Origin: Phascolarctobacterium sp.
Lineage (GTDB): Bacteria; Bacillota; Negativicutes; Acidaminococcales; Acidaminococcaceae
Direction of reading: 5' to 3'
NCBI GenBank assembly: GCA_034086985.1
Contig: JAXDZG010000002.1
Span: 50,944-114,943, forward strand
Length of the DNA: 64,000 nt
Shown here: in pieces, positions 58,961-64,000 of the stretch
Numbering within the stretch: position 1 is the first letter of the stretch
Layout of the letters: every line of letters begins with the position of its first letter
Position numbers and translations under genes: made by a program
The notes under the pieces: model-generated
What the model saw: the letters and a program-made list of their open reading frames with translations, nothing else
Told to the model about the DNA's origin: nothing
Databases searched by the model: none

Positions 58961-60427
58961 CAGCATATGCAATGTGAAATGCAAACTATCGAGCTTAAAG
59001 CTGCCAACAAGGGCTGTCCTACAAGGCTTTACGATACACTTTCCAGCTTTTCTAATCAGGATGAGGGCGGGATAATCATCTTTGGCTTGGATGAAAAGAA
59101 GAATTATGCCGCGGTGGGCGTATATGACCCGCAGGATTTGCAAAAAAAGGTTACCGAGCAATGCAACCAGATGTCGCCGGTAGTGAGAGCTTTATTTACG
59201 ATTTGCGAGCTTGACAACAGCATCATCGTTGCTGCAGAAATTCCCGGCATAGATGTGGCGGAACGCCCTTGCTTTTATCGTGGAACCGGCAGGCTGCGTG
59301 GTTCCTTTATTCGCGTGGGTGATGCTGATGAGCCCATGAGTGAATACGAGATTTACAGCTATGATGCTTTTCGTAAGCGTATTAGGGACGATATTCGTGA
59401 AGCGCCGGGAGCCAGGCGCAGCTTCCTTGACGAAGAAAAGCTTGCAGCATTTCTGCAGGCTGTAAAAAGGGACCGTAAGCATTTGTCTTTGCATGTGGGC
59501 GATGAGGATATTTTGGAGCTCATGGGAGTGACTATTAATAGGCAGCCAACTCTAGCAGGGGAGCTGTGCTTTTCCAAATATCCTCAGGGAGTATTTCCCC
59601 AGCTATGTATTACGGCGGTGGCCTTGCCGGGGAAGGTGATGGGGGAGCCGGGCCTTGAGGGCGAGCGCTTTATTGATAACGAGCGCATTACGGGCACCAT
59701 CGCAGAGATGGTGGATGAGGCAGTGGATTTTGTCAATCGCAATAGCCGCCATAGCACGATTATTGATGACAAGGGCAAGCGTATGGATAGGGATGAGTAT
59801 CCTCTCAAGGCTGTGCGCGAGGCCATTTTAAATGCACTGGTGCATCGGGATTATAGCATTCATTCGGAAAATGTGCCCGTGCGAATTGAGCTTTATCGGG
59901 ACCGTCTGGAGATTATTTCCAGTGGTGGCTTATATGGTAGATTAACGCTGGATGCCTTGGGCAAAATGCGCCCTGATACTCGCAACAGTGCTTTGGCCAA
60001 TATTTTGGAGATCATGCATGTGACTGAAAATCGCTATAGTGGTATTCCCACCATTTATTATGAGCTGAAGCAGGCACAGCTGCCGGACCCTGTTTTTACT
60101 ATACGGCAGGGTGAATTTGTGGTTATTTTTAAGAGCAAGATTGCCCAGATTTATGAATTGTCCAAGCCCCAAGTGCTTATGGCCAAGGAGGCTGTGGAGC
60201 CTTATGGCGTTAAGCCTAAAAAGCAGGCCTTGACCATGGAGGAAAGCCTGCTGGAGTTTTGTGAGCAGCCTCGCGCACGGCAAGAGATCATCGACTTTTT
60301 GGGCTTTTCCAGATATTATGCTATGTCCAAAATTGTGCAGCCACTGCTGGATGCAGGCAAGCTGGCTTTGACCATGCCGGATAAGCCTAAAAGCTCGAAG
60401 CAGCGGTATGTGAGGGTTTTAGGATGA
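58922..60427 (+). CDS. Schlafen AlbA_2 + HATPase_c_4 + C-terminal HTH protein (often labelled RecG-like)
   Basis: TIELKAA, SFSN..GG.IIFGLDE, REAILNALVHRDYS, RLEIISSGG, RNSAL, GIPTI, C-terminal KP.SSKQRY. Confidence 0.85.
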   Translation: MQTEDLRKLVGKIQHMQCEMQTIELKAANKGCPTRLYDTLSSFSNQDEGGIIIFGLDEKKNYAAVGVYDPQDLQKKVTEQCNQMSPVVRALFTICELDNSIIVAAEIPGIDVAERPCFYRGTGRLRGSFIRVGDADEPMSEYEIYSYDAFRKRIRDDIREAPGARRSFLDEEKLAAFLQAVKRDRKHLSLHVGDEDILELMGVTINRQPTLAGELCFSKYPQGVFPQLCITAVALPGKVMGEPGLEGERFIDNERITGTIAEMVDEAVDFVNRNSRHSTIIDDKGKRMDRDEYPLKAVREAILNALVHRDYSIHSENVPVRIELYRDRLEIISSGGLYGRLTLDALGKMRPDTRNSALANILEIMHVTENRYSGIPTIYYELKQAQLPDPVFTIRQGEFVVIFKSKIAQIYELSKPQVLMAKEAVEPYGVKPKKQALTMEESLLEFCEQPRARQEIIDFLGFSRYYAMSKIVQPLLDAGKLALTMPDKPKSSKQRYVRVLG

Positions 60428-60432
60428 TGGAT

Positions 60433-60466
60433 AAGCCTCCCCTGACTGATGTTGTGGGAGGTTTTT
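60433..60466 (+). terminator. Terminator after the AlbA_2 gene
   Basis: AAGCCTCCC / GGGAGGTTTTT. Confidence 0.65.
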
Positions 60467-60651
60467 GCGTGAGATTAATAAAAACCATGAAATTCAATAT
60501 AAACATTTGTTTCCTGTTGCGTTTCGCAAGGGATAAATATTTAGTATATCTGTACTTTTACAAGAGACAGCCACCTGCAAGGTGGGTTGGCTTTAAGCTG
60601 AAAGTCCGAATTTGTTGAATCTGGAACGTGTGTAAGAAAGAGTGAGAGGCT

Positions 60652-63600
60652 ATGGCGAAACTATTTATAACCCCTTTAGGAAGCAGCTGTCGTGATAAAT
60701 TCTGTGAAGAGCTACAAGGCTTAGAGTACGGTAAGGGAGCTATCGTACTGCCAAACCGCATAGTGATGGATAATGTACGCAAGCGCTATGCCAATGTGGA
60801 GACGATTGGTATCGATACATTGGCTACAAAGCTATTGAATATGAACGGATATGTGACTTTTCACCAGATCAATAGGCGTAGTCAGGAGCTTATTGTGGAG
60901 GATTTTCTCCATACCTTGGCTGAACAAAAGCAACTGGAGTATTTTGGTGAGCTTATCGAAAAGCCTGGCTTTGTCAAGGCCATGACCTCTTTAGTAGGGC
61001 AGCTTTCAAGAAGTGGTTCTACCCAACAAGAGATTGTAAGTGTTTTGAGTGCTTGGGGTAGACTTGGTCATTTGGGACAAAAGGATAAGGAAGTAGCTCT
61101 GCTTTATAAATTCTACCGTCAATATTTAAAGGATAAGCAATGGTTTGATCTAGAGGGCAAGTACCGCTTGGCCCTATATGTATTGCAGGATGAGCAGGCA
61201 AAACTGCCATGGGAGCAGCTGTATTTTTGTGATTTTTATAGCTTTGATGCTTTGCAGCTGGAGCTTATTAAGGCTTTGGGTAAACGCTGCAAGGTACAAA
61301 TTGGTTTGTGCTATGAAAAAAATCTTGAAGGAACGGAGCGGGAGAAGCTCTTTGAAGCTACCAAAGCTACCTATATGGAGCTGGAATCCTTCTGCCTTGA
61401 GGAGGGTATAGAGCAGTATGCTCCTTCTTATGAAGTTTCTAGTGGCTGTGCTCATCTAATTCAGAGCTTCGGCTTACAATGCACTGCCATGCCTCAAAGC
61501 GATGCTGTGCAGCTATATGGCTTTACCAAGAACGAACAGGAGCTAAGATATGCTTTGACTCAGGTGAAGCGCTTGCTCAAGGAGGGGGTCGCTTCGGAGC
61601 AAGTTCTCATTACTGTGCGCGATTTAAATCAGTTCACTGGCTTACGCCTTATTGCTGATGAATATGGTGTGCCTATTAATCTTGCACAAACAAGCAGTCT
61701 AGCAGTACAGCCTCTAACGGAGCTGCTAAAGCTTGCTTTAAAGGCTGCAGTGGACAACCATGATGGCGCTGAAGCCTACATTAAGCTTTTAACAGCACCC
61801 TTAGCGCGTATTTTGCTACACATAGATGGTGAGGCCATTAATCAATTACGTCAGGAAAACTATTTTAAGTCTCGCAGCAGTGTGCAAGAAAAAATGCGGG
61901 AGGAAGGCTTATTAGACGCTGTCATTCAACAAATAGATGTATTTTTGCAGAATGTGTCAGCAAAAGCAGAACTTGTTACCTATGCTAAGCAAATGCTAGA
62001 GCTAGTTTCGCAATTGCAGCTGGAAAGAACTATGGGCTTACTATATAAGGAAGGCAAAATTGAGCTCGCAGGGATGCGTCTCGTGTTACAAAGCAAAGGA
62101 CTGTTAGTGCAGGCTATCCAGCAGCTCATGGATGATTATGTAAGCTGTGGACAGGCTGAAAAGCCTCTTACCTTAACTGAATGGCAGCAAATTCTGGCAG
62201 ATGCCGTACAAGAGGCCAATATTGTTATTCAGCAAGGACGACCGGATGGTGTTTTGCTCACAGAGGTAACCAATGTACAGGGTTTAGCCTTTGATTATGT
62301 ATTTGTGTTGGGCCTGCGAGAAGGAGTATTTCCCAAGGTTAATAACGAGAACTGGATTTATAATGATAAAGAGCGTAAGGAGCTTAAGGGAGCAGGCTTG
62401 GAGCTGCCCAATACATCTTTGGCCTATGCTGAGGATGCAGGCTTTTTCGGAGCGACCCTTGGCTGCGCGTGTAAACAGCTGGTGCTGAGCTATTTTCAAG
62501 ATGACCAGGCAGGAGCTAGCGCATATATAGGCTCAGTGCAAAGACTTTTTATCGATGCTAAGCCACACATCAACAATAAGGGTGAGGCAGAGGAGCAGGA
62601 GCAGCAGGTGGTTATCAATCCGGCTAAGCACTGTGCCTCGGCGGAAGAATTGTCCCAAGGTGTACGTCGAACAAATGATGCTTGGCTACGAGAATACTGG
62701 AGTGTGCATACTCTAGAAGCAGCCGAAGCTGATTATAGGCGCAGGGAAAATATGCAGTATAATGGAGTACTTACAGATGGTGCTTTGCAAAAACAGGTAG
62801 CAAAAGAGGTAGGAACAAGCTTTAGTGCCAGCGCCTTGGAGCTCTATGCAGCCTGTCCCTTCCAATATTTGGGACAGCGCGTGTGGCGTCAGCAGGAATT
62901 CGCTGCCATGGAGGATGAGCTCACACCAGTAGATGAGGGAGACTTACTGCACCAGGTGCTGGCAAGCTTTACCGAAAAGCATCTATATGCGAAAATAAGT
63001 GAGTTACCCTTGGCTGATTTGGAGCAAGAATTGGCAGATATTTTTGAGGACGCAGCACAGGAGGCTTTGGCGCAGGGTAAAATAGTGAATAGCTTGCTTT
63101 GGCAAGCAGAAGCACCGCGTTTGCTGGCCATGCTGAAGCGTTGGCTGCGCTATGAGTACGAGGACCAAAAGGGTTGGAGCTTCACTCCCTGTGCTGTGGA
63201 ATGGGACTTTAGCTCTAAAAATGGCAAGCCATTACACATGCGTCTAAGTGATGGCACTAGAGTTTCCTTAAATGGGCGCATTGATAGAATTGATAGTGAT
63301 GGGCAGCGCCTATTTGTTACGGACTATAAGCGCAGCTCAGGCTCTGTGCCTAGCAGCAAGGATTTAGCAACGGGCTTTGATGTGCAGCTGCCCCTGTATA
63401 TGCTGGCTGTAGCAGGCCTGTATAAGGATGCTAATCGTGTGGCCGGTGGCTGTTATTATGTATTGCAAAAGGGTGAACGCAAGAGTAGCCTGTTATTAGA
63501 ACAAGTGGACAATGATAATGTTGTTGATGGCAAACGCTATACCAAGGAGATTAGCCAGAGCTGGGATAGCTTCCAAGGCTTTGCCCAAAAGCTGATTGCC

Positions 63601-63735
63601 GGGTATATTGAAGGGATTTATACCGGGAATTTTGCTGTGGCTCCGCGCAAAAGCTGCAGTGATTATTGCCAGTTGAAGGATATATGTCGTTTAGCACAAG
63701 TGGGACAGGACAAGGGAGGCAGTGAAAATGAGTGA
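60652..63735 (+). CDS. addB: AddB/RexB-like helicase-nuclease subunit B
   Basis: SASALELYAACPFQY, GDLLH, LNGRIDRID, VTDYK, QLPLY, Fe-S CSDYC...C; overlaps the addA start. Confidence 0.9.
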   Translation: MAKLFITPLGSSCRDKFCEELQGLEYGKGAIVLPNRIVMDNVRKRYANVETIGIDTLATKLLNMNGYVTFHQINRRSQELIVEDFLHTLAEQKQLEYFGELIEKPGFVKAMTSLVGQLSRSGSTQQEIVSVLSAWGRLGHLGQKDKEVALLYKFYRQYLKDKQWFDLEGKYRLALYVLQDEQAKLPWEQLYFCDFYSFDALQLELIKALGKRCKVQIGLCYEKNLEGTEREKLFEATKATYMELESFCLEEGIEQYAPSYEVSSGCAHLIQSFGLQCTAMPQSDAVQLYGFTKNEQELRYALTQVKRLLKEGVASEQVLITVRDLNQFTGLRLIADEYGVPINLAQTSSLAVQPLTELLKLALKAAVDNHDGAEAYIKLLTAPLARILLHIDGEAINQLRQENYFKSRSSVQEKMREEGLLDAVIQQIDVFLQNVSAKAELVTYAKQMLELVSQLQLERTMGLLYKEGKIELAGMRLVLQSKGLLVQAIQQLMDDYVSCGQAEKPLTLTEWQQILADAVQEANIVIQQGRPDGVLLTEVTNVQGLAFDYVFVLGLREGVFPKVNNENWIYNDKERKELKGAGLELPNTSLAYAEDAGFFGATLGCACKQLVLSYFQDDQAGASAYIGSVQRLFIDAKPHINNKGEAEEQEQQVVINPAKHCASAEELSQGVRRTNDAWLREYWSVHTLEAAEADYRRRENMQYNGVLTDGALQKQVAKEVGTSFSASALELYAACPFQYLGQRVWRQQEFAAMEDELTPVDEGDLLHQVLASFTEKHLYAKISELPLADLEQELADIFEDAAQEALAQGKIVNSLLWQAEAPRLLAMLKRWLRYEYEDQKGWSFTPCAVEWDFSSKNGKPLHMRLSDGTRVSLNGRIDRIDSDGQRLFVTDYKRSSGSVPSSKDLATGFDVQLPLYMLAVAGLYKDANRVAGGCYYVLQKGERKSSLLLEQVDNDNVVDGKRYTKEISQSWDSFQGFAQKLIAGYIEGIYTGNFAVAPRKSCSDYCQLKDICRLAQVGQDKGGSENE

Positions 63736-64000
63736 TTTTAAGCCTAATGATGAGCAAATGGCTGCTATTTTAGCTATTGACTCCAATGTGTCTGTTTCTG
63801 CAGGTGCTGGCAGTGGCAAAACTAAGGTTTTAGTAGAGCGCTTTTTACATATCTTGGAGCAGGATTTGCCTGCATATAGTCCCGGAAAACAACTCAAGCT
63901 GGATGCAGGCAATATTTTAGCTATTACCTTTACGCGCAAGGCAGCAGGAGAGATGAAGGAAAGAGTGCGCAAAAGTATTGAAAAGCGCCTGGAGACTGAT
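63728..64000 (+). CDS. addA: AddA/UvrD-family helicase subunit A (3'-truncated; not in the ORF track)
   Basis: ATG at 63728 gives MSDFKPNDEQMAAI...SAGAGSGKTKVLVERF...ILAITFTRKAAGEMKERV. Confidence 0.92.
   Translation, partial: MSDFKPNDEQMAAILAIDSNVSVSAGAGSGKTKVLVERFLHILEQDLPAYSPGKQLKLDAGNILAITFTRKAAGEMKERVRKSIEKRLETD

Noticed and set aside
58922-60427. RecG helicase call
   Set aside because: No SF2 helicase motifs; the usual label reflects only the HATPase_c_4 domain
60424-60618. 64-aa ORF between the AlbA_2 gene and addB
   Set aside because: Runs through a terminator hairpin and promoter-like AT-rich DNA; no RBS or motif
1-64000. Multi-repeat CRISPR array, cas1/2/4, tRNA/rRNA, integrase or phage genes
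   Set aside because: None recognised by eye in this window

Overview
Chromosomal window from an anaerobic Firmicute, most likely a diderm Negativicute (Acidaminococcaceae-like; inferred from gene content and an AsCas12a-type protein, not proven). Left to right: 5'-truncated purL; an AAA-ATPase/PD-(D/E)XK gene; a 16-kb mosaic surface-polysaccharide locus (wbaP, three GT2s, rmlACD, wzm/wzt, SDR, GT9, RgpF, acyltransferase, gmhA, hldE, rmlB); an Rpn-family nuclease transcribed divergently from an orphan Cas12a-like gene; fba, rluA, DUF896; an Fe/B12-type ABC importer with a structured leader; a MITE-like element; a GltD-linked [FeFe] hydrogenase pair; Na+/solute symporter, dnaE, etfBA, pyk, rbsKDACB, a T-box-controlled trpEGDCFBA operon, pepT, a Schlafen/AlbA_2-HATPase gene, addB and the start of addA. 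The standout is the 1057-aa Cas12a homolog (22591-25764). It has the RuvC-I catalytic Asp replaced by His, the whole Nuc domain cleanly deleted and PAM-reading residues changed, yet the pre-crRNA-processing residues are intact. There is no cas1/2/4 or CRISPR array in the window, but one degenerate Cas12a-repeat-like hairpin sits just after its stop codon. This fits a domesticated, nuclease-dead RNA-guided binder/regulator; no convincing target was found in this window. All alignments were done by eye against recalled reference sequences.
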